Origin: Heteronotia binoei
Taxonomy: Eukaryota
Assembly (NCBI RefSeq): GCF_032191835.1
Contig: NC_083229.1
Location: 93,868,001 to 93,932,000 of the forward strand
Length of the DNA stretch: 64,000 nt
Direction of reading: 5' to 3'
Below, one piece after another: positions 24,600-37,090 of this stretch. The notes beneath the pieces were generated by a model that saw only the letters and a program-made list of their open reading frames with translations, was not told the origin of the DNA and made no database searches. Position 1 is the stretch's first letter. The number at the start of each line of letters is the position of its first letter. The position numbers and the translations under genes were made by a program.

Positions 24600-25140
24600 T
24601 GTTTATTCTCAAGCCATATGGTGTTTTTTCTTCATGGTCTGTACTACAAAACTCCTGGTCTTGTTTTAGCATAGAGTAGAACTTCTCCATCTTCTGGTTC
24701 CAATTATGTAATCTTTTTAATTTCTGTATTGGCCATCTAATGATGTCCATGTACATAATAATCTGTTTGGTTACCTGAAACATGAACAAGCTGTTTTCTT
24801 CACAGAAGCCTATGAATTTTGTATTCCAGTCACCAATGATTATCTGTATATCTTGCTTTGAGGTGTGATCAACTTCTTTCTGGATACTCGCATAAAAGCT
24901 TTTAATTTTTTCTTCAGTGTCTATAGTTTAAGTGCAAACTTGAATGATAGTTATATTGATAGGCTTTTTATGAAGTCTGATTAAGATTATTTAGTCAATA
25001 CTTTCCATTATAGCCCCTGATTACAGCTTTCCCTCTATTAGAGCAACTCCATTTCTTCTGTTTGTCTTTTCCCAAGTAAAACACTTTGAAATTTTCAGTC
25101 AAAAAATTTCCTAATCCAGTCAACTTCAGTTCTAAGTGAC
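24600..25140 (-). mobile_element. RTE/BovB-like LINE, APE endonuclease fragment
   Basis: Frameshifted peptides ELKLTGLGNF, IIIGDWNTK and YAKTRPG match RTE endonuclease motifs (ELKWTG, IIGDWNAKVG, KTRPGADCGSDH). Confidence 0.85.
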
Positions 25141-25240
25141 TACAAAACAAATACTTTAGGATTGGGGCCCCACTATTTGTTTGCACTCGCACAGAACTAA
25201 AGTTGGCTGGATTAGGTATTATTTCAACCATGGATGTACA

Positions 25241-25425
25241 CAGGGCTTCCCCCCCACACACACACACACTGGAGTCCACAGAAGTGGAGCTGCGCCCGGG
25301 TTGGCAAGAACTCCACCTGGCCCAACCTGCCATGCAGCAGCCATGTGCTCCCAGGCCAGGTGGTGTGACCTAATATGCAAATAAACTCCTGCTGGGCTTT
25401 TCTGCAAAAAAACCCCCAAATACTG
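25241..25425. mobile_element. hAT MITE (CAGGGCTTT-type)
   Basis: 8-bp TSD GATGTACA / GCTGTACA. Subterminal cctaatatgcaaat..tcctgctgggctttt is shared with 25860. Confidence 0.75.
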
Positions 25426-25859
25426 GCTGTACAGAAATCATTCAAAGTAAAAGTGCTCATATGAACTTCTATCTTCATATTTTAAGCATTTGGCACCCAC
25501 GTATATTCATGCTTTGCCTGTTTCATTAACAAAAGTCCTGAAAGTCTGGCTCATTTTATAAATTGGCTAAGAAAAATAAGAAGTAATTATACAATGATCA
25601 ATGACATTTCCAATCCATCTGCTCTGTAGTGAGGGAATCAAAGCAAAGACATCCATTTGGCATAGAGAAATACCTCAATGAAATAAGGGCAGAATTTGGC
25701 AATATAAGACTAGCCTCTCAGTTAAAATGAAAAGCTGCTTGAGAACTGGGAAACAACTGGAGGCTTTGAAAAAAACCTGCAGTTCTTAAATATAATCACA
25801 GCCTTGCAAATAAACCCACTAGCCTACTTGATAAATATAGGTATATGTGAACATTTGTG

Positions 25860-26051
25860 CAGGGCCTTGGGGGGGGGGGGCAGAAACATACAGGAACGCA
25901 GTTCCAGCTGGCTTGGTGTCAGGGTGTGTGGCCCAATATGCAAATTAGTTCCTGCTGGGCTTTTTGTAGAAAACAATGGGGATATCATGGGTGTGGCCTA
26001 ATATGCAAATGAGTTCCAGCTGAAGTTTTTCCTGTAACTCCCCCCCCCCTG
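25860..26051. mobile_element. hAT MITE (CAGGGCTTT-type)
   Basis: CAGGG...CCCTG ends with a perfect 8-bp TSD CATTTGTG. Confidence 0.8.
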
Positions 26052-28060
26052 CATTTGTGCCATGAGATGGGGAACAAATGTGCTTTTCGTTGCCTTCAAT
26101 GGATTTAGAAAGGTATAACTTTGGTTAGGATTGCACTGTTTGTAAAATTTCCCTGTTGGGTCAACAAAAGAAAAATTTCACCTGCCTCAAGTGAAGGTTG
26201 GCTAAGGCAAGTCTGGAAAGCAATTGCACTGACTTCCCCCTTCCTGTCTGTTCTCTGCTTAGAGGGGGTGGGGGGGGGGGACTTTTAAGATGTGAAGTGG
26301 AAGTTTTGCTTATTTCAAATCTCCCAAGAAAAAATTAATTTCTCCACAGTTACTGTATGTGGTTTAAGAGTTTACTTTCTCTAGGTGAGTTGAGTGGCTT
26401 TTGGACAGGTATGCTTCCTCTGGAAAGGAAAGGAACACAGTTATTCATACAATTCTACAACTCAAAATTATAATCTGTTTTAATCTTCCAGGACATTCTC
26501 TAGCTGCTTTACAGTTAGCTGTTCACAGAATTTCAAAAGAAGCAATCTAGGAAAAAATGCTGAATTATTTCAAGTTTATCTCCTGATCTTAACAGAGACA
26601 TGGGATTGTCAGTATATGTGCTAATATTTTACATATTATTCTGAAATTTCTTGTTGAACATGCTTATCTTGACTATATTTTATGTTAATCCTACTTTGCT
26701 TATTTTACAATAGTTTGAGGTGGTCTTCCCCCACTGTTAGAGAACAGATTACACTTTTTAATGAGACCTTTTAAAAAAAACTTACCCATATTTATGACAT
26801 CTTCCCTGTCCACTGCCTTTATGTTTTGAATATTAAGGCATTGACTTGCTGGATTTAAGGAAGAATAGGGTTTTTCCCAGAATGTGTCTTTTTCACATAA
26901 TCTCTTGCAGACATAGTTTTATATTAGAATTTGAATGTGTACTTTTTGTAGTTTCAAAGATGAGAACTGTACTGAGAAGCAATTATTGTTTGTTACTAAA
27001 TTATACTTTACCTGCTTTGTACAGACACATGGTCTTCATAACTGTCAGTAATGATGCTGGCACCAATATCTATGCTATTTTTTTTCTCTCAGAGTACAAT
27101 TGCTTTTGATTGCATCTGATGAAAGGTATTCTCCAGAACATTTATAATTGATGATACAGAATTGGATTTCCATCAAGCAATTAGAGATGAGCAGATAATG
27201 AGAATATCTGGTCCGGACACCTGCAGTCCCGCTTTTGCCAGACTGGTGAAGTGACAGACTCCTGCATGTGGCTGTACTGCTATTTATAGGATTTAATAGT
27301 GTGGGTCTTAGTCCAAGGCCACAATGTTAATAAGCAGGATTCCATTGTCTTCAGCACTTTGCACCAGTTCCCAGGAAAAAAGGGAGGGCCGAATTATAAT
27401 AACTATACTAAATTCATCCATTAAATTCCTCCAGTATAGAATCCCTTATTTCACTTATTTTTAAGCTCTTGGGCTTCTTTGGTATATTTAAAACATTTTT
27501 TTTAAAGTGTTTGGAAAGACATAGTGAAAACCCATAATAGAACTCCTGGTGAAACCATCATGCTGAGATTGCTATAAGGCTTATGATCACTTAAGAAAGA
27601 GTCCAACTTGGACACATGGAACCAGATTTTGGTGTATGATAGCTGGGAAATATTGCTTATCATTTCAATACTAATTTATCATTGTATAAATTGTTTTTTT
27701 AATTTTTTATTTAGCTTCCCAACAAACCAAAGAGGCTCATTACACTAAGATGTGGTTCTAATAATGTTTACAAAAAAATCTGGTTAATATTGCATCTACA
27801 TTGGCGCTGAAACAGTCTGTTTCATATCAATTTTCATTTTAAAAACACATCAGTTTTCAGTATGCTTTAAATGATTTTTTCTCAGCTTTTCACATTTTCA
27901 TCTTAGTCCTGTTCACTAGAAGGAGGCAATTCTCATAGTCTGACTTCTGAGACTTTATGAAGCTGTGTAATCTGTGAGTTTGCCTAAAGGGAATCTCTTG
28001 TTCCCTGGGAGTAAGCAGTTGTTCAGTCTCCGGTCTGATCTGCACAAACTCTGGAAGGAT

Positions 28061-28740
28061 TAGGTTTACCAATCCCCAGGTCCCAGCAGGGGTTCTCCCG
28101 CTTTGCCAGGCTCCTTCCTGCCCCCAGTCAGCTGGCCGGCGGGGGGAAGCCCTGCCCCCACAGCCACCATGTGACTTTCCACCTCCAGAGGCTTCAGCCT
28201 CCAATTGGAAAGGCTTCCTCTTGGGATGGTGTGTCTGTGTTACTTTGAAGAAGTTGGCAGCAGCTTGTGAGTAGAGGTGCCAATCCCTTGCTTCAGAGTA
28301 ACCAGAAATGGGATGGGGGGGGAGGGAAATGTCTGCTGGGCACTTCATTATTCCCTATATGGAGATCGATTCTCATAGGATATAATGGAGAATTGATCTG
28401 GAGGTATCAGGGGCTCTAGGAAGCCTGTTTTTTGAGGTAGAGGCATCAATGTTTCAGTACAACATCTAGTGCCTCTCCCCAAAATACCCCCCAAGTTTCA
28501 AAAGGATTGGACCAGGGGGTCAAATTCTATGAGCCCCCCAAAAAGGTGCCCCTATCCTTCGTTATTTCCTATGGAAGGAAGGCATTTAAAAAGGTGTGCT
28601 GTCCCTTTAAATGTGATGGCCAGAACTTCCTTGGAGTTCAATTATGCTTGTCACAGCCTTGTTCCTGGCTCTGCCCCAAAGTCTCCTGGCTCCACCCTCA
28701 AAGTCCCCAGATATTTCTTGAATTGAACTTGGCAACCCTA
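28061..28740 (-). mobile_element. Non-autonomous hAT DNA transposon (sibling of 1490-2328)
   Basis: Ends TAGGTTTACCA / TGGCAACCCTA; TSD GGAAGGAT / AGGAGGAT (6/8). About 560 bp are colinear with the 1490 copy. Confidence 0.85.
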
Positions 28741-29015
28741 AGGAGGATCCCAAAACACATATATGTATATATATATATGACTTTTTTTCTGGAAAAAGAG
28801 GTGTTGGGACTCTCAAGGAAGAAATGAAAGAGAAATAAATGGGTGCCCCTTTTGATCTGTTGAACATTTTTTTGAGAATTTTGTTTCCACAAAGAGGCTC
28901 GGGAACTCCATTGTGCTGTGTTCCCCCAGAAAAAAAGCCCTGTATATATGTATGTATTGCCTGTGAGTAGCCCTTCAGACCATCTGTGTGATAACGTTTC
29001 CCTACCTCAACTTCT

Positions 29016-29222
29016 GACCTGGATGCCCCAGGCTAGCCTGATTTCATCAGATCTCAGAAGCTAAATATTGTTGGGCCTGGTTAGTATTTGCATTGGAGAC
29101 CACTAAGGAATTCCAAGGTCACTACACAGATCCAGGCAAGGGCAAACCACCTCTGTTCTTTTCTTGCCCTTGAAAACCTGACATAGTTGTCATAGGTAAG
29201 CTGTGACTTAACAGCATTTTCC
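29016..29222 (+). mobile_element. 5S rRNA-headed SINE with Sauria/BovB-like tail
   Basis: The head gcctgatttcatcagatctcagaagctaa...gggcctggttagtattt...ggagacc matches the middle of 5S rRNA. It is followed by ggcaaaccacctctg...cttgcccttgaaaac. Confidence 0.8.
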
Positions 29223-29629
29223 AAAAGAAAAACAAAGAGGGCGAAAAAGCTGAACCCAAAAACTGGAATTAAGAACCTGAAAGTTTAATGTGCAGCAAGT
29301 GCCAAAAATTAAAAGCAGAATCTAAGGTAAAATCAAAACCAAAAATGCATGTATCTATTACAGAAAGTTAAAAGCATTTAGTGGCCCATCATTAGCATCC
29401 TTACTTAGTAAAATCATACAACTACAATAGGAAACCACTTGACCTGATGTGTTTCGACTTGAAATGGTCATTGTTTGAAATGGTCAAACAAAAATACGCA
29501 CAGGCTCAAACAAAATATAACATCAATAAATCAATGCTGGACCAAAAAGAAAGTAGCTTAATACAGTTATAAAGGCTAAGAGATGTAATTGAGGCCTCTT
29601 ATAATACAGCCTTATGTCCTGGTCATACG

Positions 29630-29903
29630 AGAAGAAGAAGAAGAAGACGACATTGGATTTATATTCCGCCCTGCACTCAAGAGTCTCAGAGTCACTCACA
29701 ATCTCCTTTATCTTCCTCTCACATAACAAACACCCTGTGGGGTGGGTGGAGCTGAGAGTGCTCACCCAGAAGCTGCCCTTTCAAGGACAAGCTCTGTGAT
29801 AACTATGGCTGACCCAAAGCCAATCCAGCAAGTGAAAGTGGAAGAGTGGGGAATCAAACCCGGATAAGAGTCCGCACACTTAACCACTACACCGAACTGG
29901 CTC
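29630..29903 (-). mobile_element. Squam3-like tRNA-derived SINE
   Basis: Reverse complement of 42515-42797, with a (TTC)n tail. Confidence 0.85.
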
Positions 29904-30904
29904 ACCAAACTGATGCATGTGTTGCATCATTTATCTTATTTTATGCCAAAATGGTCCAGAATTCATCAAAGTCAGTGCCAGATCAGAGCCAGTGTGCCAG
30001 AGCTCTCTTATGCCCGAGACTTGGGAGTTTTTTTTCAAAAAGCTGAGACCTGTGAAAACTCTCTACAGCTGTAAAAATCAAGCACTGGAGACTTTTCTGC
30101 AGCTTTTTCTGAACTGTGATTAATGACCACAATTTGAAAAGCAAAGGAACGCTTTATATTCAAACTATCTGCTTAACTAGTAATTTAACCAAAGTTCCTA
30201 TCAAGATGTACATTTTGGAAGAGACTAATCAAAATCCAATCAAGATTTTTCCCCCAGAAGAGTAACTAAACTGAATGAAATTACCTCACATTTTCAGATC
30301 CAAACCATTAGGTCAAAACTAGTCATTTTTTCTGATAATGCTGTAGTATCACTGCTCACCATTTCCATTTTCCCATACTGTCTTTAAATTTCCATTTTCC
30401 AAGGATGGAGAGATGGAGCATTGGCAGTGAGGAGAGACAGTAATTCAGCAGATTCAGCCAGAACACTGTACAGTCAAAATGTTTAACCCATGTTTATGCT
30501 ATACAGCACCATCTCTATGCAAGGCATTTCCCCCAATCATGTTGTTGTTTCACTGCCTTGAGGAGGACTGCCATTCTACATGACAGGAGGCTTTGAGCTC
30601 TTCCAGTTATTTGCCATTAGTTTGATCAGGCTTATATTTCATTTTTGTCTCTTGGGAGGAGATTATGGGATCAAGGCAGACATTTTGGCTTTTTCCAATT
30701 TCTCCCCATGAATCTACAGCCAGGCAACGTCAAGTAAAAAGTCTCAAGCTTTGCTTATATCCTTTGCAAGGCAGAAGGGTTGTCAGGGTACTGGGAGTGA
30801 GTAGCAAAAGAACCAGATGAAGGTCTTGCTGTGGCTCAATTATCTCCTCATAATAAGAATCTTGCCTACTTTGCAGAATGGAATCTCATACTGATTGCAC
30901 TGGA

Positions 30905-31187
30905 GGGCCTGCATAGGAGCCGCGAGCCTCCAGTGCTATTTTACCTGCCGATTACCTGATCGGCGGGGGAGGGGGGGCTTTAAATTGCCTGGAAAGCCAT
31001 GGCATTCCACCGCCCCTTTCCTGGCATTGAAATGTCATGGGCAAGGGAGGGGGAGGAGGCTGGGGAGCCGGGGAAGCACCCCCACAGGCTGCAGATTACA
31101 GTCCTCAAGTGGGGCGCGGTGCTGCACCATGGAGGGGGGCAGCGGGAGGTAAGTCTACTTGGGGCACCACGTACCCTAGGGCCAGTA
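30905..31187. mobile_element. GC-rich MITE (family of 17196)
   Basis: Shares the core gagcctccagtgc...ccgattacctgatcggcgggga...ggcattgaaatg. Confidence 0.55.
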
Positions 31188-31199
31188 TGAGTCCATTAT

Positions 31200-31600
31200 G
31201 CAAATGAGAATTGCAGTCCCAATGCCTGTAGGAGAGGAGAGTGCAGCAAGGTTTAGAACCACGCCAATAAACACAATCGCACACAGTGCTCTTCAGATAA
31301 ATGTCAAAATGGCCACAACTTTATTGGTTACAGCTCTAAGCAGCATTGGCACAGAATGGATCCAACAGTGTGTGTGTGTGTGTGTGTGTGTGTGATTTGC
31401 ATATCAGTGGACCCAAATTTGTTGAGCCTCTGGTACATTGGGAATTTTGACAATGAGGAGTGGGTGCCACTACAAGATGACTGCCATAAGGATCAGAGCC
31501 AATCACAAAATGGATATTGGATCCATTCACAGAATATTGGGAGATTGCAAGCCAGGCATCCGTTTTGATGGCAGCAGATCTCTGCAGCTACAGTCCTGGT
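31200..31600 (-). mobile_element. Possible degenerate solo LTR containing (TG)n
   Basis: Minus-strand AATAAAG (~31320) and an octamer ATTTGCAT. Ends not defined. (TG)n at 31368-31393. Confidence 0.3.
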
Positions 31601-33829
31601 TATTTAGCTGGTTTATTCAGCTTCCCAACAAACCTAAAAGACTCATTAGACTAAGATATAGTATATGGTAAGACGTGGTGTATGATAGCTGGGAAATAAA
31701 AATAATTCACTCCAAGTTCTTTTGTTTATTTTGATTTCTATTCTGTCCCCCCAAGCAATCTATGTGTGCCCATGGAAAGAAAATTGCATTGCTATTGTCT
31801 TGGGTTCCTCACTTATTACTATTATTGCTTATCATTTCAATACTAATTTATCATTCTATAAATTGTTTTTAAGTTAAGAAGCAAATGGGTACCAGGAAAC
31901 CCACTGGCAGGCACCACAGTATGACATTTGGGATTGTGTCATACATACACAATTTGATATATATAATATACTGTGTGAGGGGAACCATATTACACCCTTG
32001 GCCCTCCCTCCACCCCCTCACCCCCATTACCTTTTCTTATATAGTTTTGGAGCTAAAGGTTTGTTAAGTTCAACAATTTGTAAACTAAAAAAAAGCTGAC
32101 AATTTTTTACTTCCATTGAATTTCCAGTGTGCTTTACTACAACTCTATCAAATGTTCAAAGGAAAAAACTACCTAAGAACGCTTTATGAGTTAGTCATAT
32201 TTAGTTATGTTAGATGTTCAAAAGTATTACTTACATTTACTAAAAAGATATTCCACCTCTCAAAGTTAATATTCGATAAATTCTTAACTCACAGGGTGGC
32301 GGTTAATGCTCTAGCAAGACTGCTCTATACTGATTTACAGTTAAGAAGATAAAGTAAGGCATCGAGATATCTCATGCAGTATAAATGTTTTATGTTTCAC
32401 AGTTCCTATTTTCACAGATTGCTTTTCACAAAATAGGGATGAAATGTTCTTTGAAAGGATCCAGCATAGTACTTTTGTTGATTTTTTTTTTACAATAGAA
32501 CATTTTATTAGGCATAGATTTTGTCCATGAAAAAGAGCATGTATATAACAATGTGACAGTTTCTAGAGAAAATATTACCTTTGTGTGGAAATGTACTAAC
32601 GTTAAGAGCAATATATCTGCAGCACAGAAGTACATTAATGAGATGTTAGCTCCCCCCTCCAGAGTATGCCTTGTTGAGATGTCCATCTAGCTATAAAATA
32701 TTTTCTCACCCAAAGCAAGAAAATCTCATTCCCACAATCAATATTTTTTCTCCCAGTTCTCTTTAGTCTTATTCCATTCCAAAGGCATTTCACTTGATTT
32801 TTTGCGGTCCACTACTCTGTATTAAATGGCAGATGAGAAACAAAAAAAGTAATAAAAATCTCTGGAGGTCTCATCCAGACTCAAATCTTCTGCATTTGAC
32901 TTTGGGTCCACAGCCTAAACTTAATCACAGCTCTGTGTGTAAATTTCCGGACTAATCATGACTGTGTATTCTAGTGTCATCCTTTAGATTATAGTCCAGC
33001 ATGGAAAAAAACTGCACATACTAGGATTTATATTTTGTGTGAATATATAGCAACATTTCCAAGTCACATAATGAATGCCAAAGTGTCTTAGCTGTTCAAA
33101 CAGGATGCTCCAGTTCTTTTGTGATGGGATTTTTACATTAAAATAGTTGAGCTGCCTGTTTCACATATGGAGACAAATTATTTTTCTGATATACCTGTTG
33201 TGCAGAAATTCAGGCATAAAGCTAAGAAACTTGAATGTTTTCTTATTTATACCCAACTTTTATTCTTAATGGGGGCTCTTTCTCTGTTGTAGTTTTTTTT
33301 TTCTTCTTATGCTAATTCTACCAAATAAAAGGATCTTCCAGCTATACAAGGCTAAGTTATCACTCCTTCATATCTATAGTTGTCAAAGGCAAGAATTCTC
33401 AGTGCAAAAGATTACTCCTTTGTTTTTCAGATAAAAAGTGTTGTAATTCTTTTAATGATAGAAAAAGAAGGACTATATATTCTGAGAGTAACAGCCCAGT
33501 TTTAAGAATCTCTGTGTTGGTTCCAAAAGCTTACCTCTATTTTGATTTCTGCTGCTTCAGGGGCATTAGAAGACCTGCAACCAGATAAAAATAGCCAATA
33601 GTATGGATTCTTGCCCTGAAATCTTCATTGCCATTCCAGCTGGATATGATATTGTGATAACGATACCTATCCTATATATAAAAAATCTGTTTCATGGTGG
33701 CAAAATAGAGCACTCTGATTGGTTGAGACTGTGCTACATCAGCCTTTAGCTCATCAAACCATCAATCAAGGTTGCATTCCATTGGCTGATGGTGGAAGGA
33801 GGAGTGAAACAGTCACGGAAAGCCTTCCC

Positions 33830-34271
33830 CCATTTGACTGAGGGTTCCTGAGTGTGAGTGTGTAAAAGGAAGTGAACCGAGTAGAGCACCTGTTTGTTTG
33901 GAGCTGCTCTGCTTTCTTTTTCCTGCTAGTCTTAAGAAGTGGGTTGAAATACATCAGATGGTTACATTCAGCAGTTCTGGTAAGTAAACTGCTCCAGTGA
34001 GTAAATTGCCCCACTGAGATCACAAAAGTGTGTGCTTGTAAACTGTGCTTATTTGCCTGTTGTGTGTATGTGTGTGTGTGAGAGTGAGAGAGAGAGAGAG
34101 AGATCACTTTCATTTAGTAGTAGTGCAATCAGCTGTCAAGGGATGAGGAAATGAAGACTGTATTCAGAGGAATGGCATTGTTGTATTTTTATTTTGGGAG
34201 GAAATGGGAAAGTTTCCTGGCTCCACTCCCAAACTCCCCAAGTATTTTCTGAGTTGGACCAGGCAACCCTA
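33830..34271. mobile_element. TAGGGTTGCCA-family element, right portion
   Basis: Ends GGCAACCCTA. 33985-34271 aligns by eye with 58255-58497. Confidence 0.65.
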
Positions 34272-34439
34272 CAGCCAAGCTTGGTTCTGTCAGTAAAAGG
34301 CTGGGGGAGGAGACCCTTTCCAGGCTTATTTTTGAGGGAGAACTAATTGAGGTCAGTTGACTAATTGACTAGGGCTGCCAGTTCCAGGTTGATAGGAAAA
34401 TTCTGGAATATTAGCATCTGGTCAATAATATAGCAATAC

Positions 34440-35780
34440 AATTTCAGATACAAGTGGGACTAAATACCCAGACATTATTTGAATAAATGATACAACTTTA
34501 CCCCCAAAATTACCCCACCAACAGCGGAAGTACAAACCTGGATGACCTCAAAGTTCTCCGCATGAGAATGATGAATTGTGATATATGTAAGATAGTTGTT
34601 TAGGAGTGGTATATCATCAAGCCAACACTTTAAAGGAAAGGAACTGAACATTAATACATTTGGATATATAAGGACTAACCCACCATATAGACTCCCATTG
34701 AGTAGGTGACGAGACAAAACCAAAGTCCTTATGCAATTTGTTCTGGTATGGCATTGGGTCACCAAGATTCAGGGAGAGAAGAATAGAGTATAATAATGAG
34801 ATGAGCTCCTTTTGGTGCAGGTATTTTCAACTAAGAAGGCCAATAGGGCCTTGCGAATAGCCCTTGAGGCGGGGCTGGGAGTTTATGTGCCGCATCCATC
34901 CATTAAGGCCTGTTGTAAGGACTTGTACAGGCCGGATGGGGTCCATCTTTCGGTGAAGGGCAACAAGGCCTTTTTGGCTGAGTTATGGCAGGACCTGGAA
35001 CATGTTCTGGGTTAGTGTGGGTACAGTGGCCTAAGATGAAGCTTGGCTCTGTGGCTGTTTACTGTTGGGAACATGTTGTGTGGGGTATTGGTGAGCTCCC
35101 GTGGCACTGCACCATTGGGGTGAATGGCGTCCCTGGGGTGACTGTTAAGCTGTATGGTCCAAGGTTGGCTCTAGGGAGCCTTGGGATCCTGTCACTTGGA
35201 GATTTGTCCACATCCCAGGCTGTACGGCTTGGGGGATGGTGGAGCTCAGGTGAATGGGATCTTGTGCCTGGCTGGCCGTGTTGGCTCACACCTGGGGCCT
35301 GGGGCTTGCCCAGTTTCGGGTTAAGGAGATGGTCTGGTACTGACCCCTGGCTTGACCTGTCCCCACTGTTTTCCCCTTGCCATTGAGTTGAGTTAAATAA
35401 AGTGGCCCTTTAATCCATACTGGTGTCTGTCTCATTATTCCGACTGGAGAGGCAATTGAATACATTTCTGATCTGGAGACATTAATTCATAGGCCAGAGA
35501 TGGATCCAAATTCTAATAGAGTTGAATTAAGATTTTGTAAGGAAGTGATGGAACCTGTAATATAGAGGACCATTTCATCAGCAAAAAGGCTGATCTTAAA
35601 TGTGTGATTATTTATAATGAGGCCGTGAATGTTAAGGTTTTGACGGATAAATTCAGCAAGATTTTGATGGATAAATTCAATTGGAGATGGCAAAGAGTAG
35701 GGTGAAAGAGGACCCCTGTCTTGTGCTGTGGGAGAGTGAAAGCGCAGGGAGGTGAAGACCAAATAATATGAAAAAAATAA
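34440..35780 (-). mobile_element. L1-clade LINE ORF2 fragment interrupted by the Ngaro-type piece
   Basis: 35460-35780 gives GPLSP...IRQNLNIHGL...KISLFADEMVLY...EFGSISGL (RT LFADD region). 34440-34800 gives the downstream GGLVLIYPN (L1 GGL..PN motif). Confidence 0.75.
34808..35455 (+). mobile_element. Ngaro/DIRS-type 3' fragment (SGNH hydrolase C-terminus plus terminal repeat)
   Basis: ORF 34812-35015 contains LYRPDGVHLSVKGNKAFL (SGNH block V, DxxH). It is followed by a GC-rich repeat ending AATAAAGTGGCCCTT...GGCAA. Confidence 0.8.
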
Positions 35781-36061
35781 CACTTCATGGAGGGAAGAAA
35801 ATGGGATAAAAATAAAGAATCATGTCTGATTCAAACAAGAAAAAAGCGAAATTAAAACTGAGATTTGGGAGTCAAAACAGCAGCGATGAGAATTTTGAAA
35901 TTACCATCATCCTTTGGCTGCACTCAGTTTCCCTTTCAAACCCAATATGAAAAGTGCTATGTTAAATTTCCTTAGCAGCTTGCCTTAACCTTGAATCAAG
36001 AACATGTTCCCATTTGAGATCAGTTTTGCAGGGTCAACAAAGCAGAGCTGTTCTACCAGGC

Positions 36062-36704
36062 TGTCAAGAAACTGACTTTTCATTTATTGTAAGTGTTTGT
36101 ATTAATCAACGTCATTGTATTTAAGTTGTATCAGAATTTGTACTTGTAAGTGTGCTATGTCTGCAGGCAATTACCTAGTTAGACTTCAGAGTAATTAGTC
36201 ACACCTGTATGTTCAGTATCCATTTGACAAGTAGATCATCTAGATCTAACTTTGACTGCATGTCATCAAGATCAGAGTTGGATGACAACTCTTAATTAGA
36301 TTGGCTAGTCAATCAGCCAGTTTACAATAGCTAGGATATAATCTGGCTAGAAGCCAAACCAAATCATGACAGGAGATACCAGGATGACAAGATAGAACAC
36401 AGAATCATCAAGACGGGTGGTGAGAAGCAGTGACATCTGACTGTGCTATGACCAAGAGAGCATCAAGTGAGTAAGGCAAGTAGCTGGTCTAGAGTAGAAG
36501 CCAGTTGGCTGGTTGCTGTAGTCTTTTATTTTATTGTGCTCCTCTGTGTACAATGTATTATCTTTGTTTGGTTTTATCTTTTTATGTTTCCCTTTCCCCT
36601 TTTGTAAATAAAGCCTTGTATACATATTTTCTATAATTTGGCTTTGTATTTTGTAGACCTATGACCAGGGAAGTCACTAGACCACAAGAACCCATAAAGA
36701 AACA
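36062..36704 (+). mobile_element. Probable solo LTR (Gypsy-like)
   Basis: TG...CA candidate ends; T-rich U3-like start; GTAAATAAAG at ~36605, about 95 bp before the end. TSD not confirmed. Confidence 0.55.
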
Positions 36705-36789
36705 GTTTTGTAGTATATACGTTATTTTCAGTTATTTTTCTCCCCTCCTCCTTTCAGGTCTGAAGGGGTGGAGCCTAAAACCCCCTAGA

Positions 36790-37090
36790 CCTGGATGTGT
36801 ATTTGACACAGGCCTTTGGTTGAAGTGGCAGTCCCCAGTCATCTGACCTCCTTTGCTGAAAACTGCCTTATTAGATTTGCCCTGTTACTATCGCTTCTGA
36901 CATGACTCTTTGTTTTGTCACCTATTAGCATTGCTATCAGCACAGAAAATAATGTATAATTTTGCCATTGCCTAATTTGTTGTAATAATTTGTTTTAATG
37001 GTTCTGTAAAATCTCTTCTTGTCACTCGCCCTGAGCTTGCTTGTGGGGAGGGTAGGATATAAATCAAACAAATAAAATAAAATAAAAACT
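36790..37090 (+). mobile_element. L2-type LINE 3' end
   Basis: caggcctttggttga (end of ORF2-like) through tcgccctgagc...gggagggtaggatataaat and an (AATAA)n tail. Confidence 0.6.

Noticed and set aside
24579-24774. 196-nt apparent exon with AG/GT ends (VTKQIIMYMD...)
   Set aside because: It lies inside an RTE endonuclease fragment. The meaningful motifs are in other, frameshifted frames.
29016-29110. 5S rRNA gene
   Set aside because: Partial, diverged and fused to a SINE tail. The same applies at 52444 and 62864.
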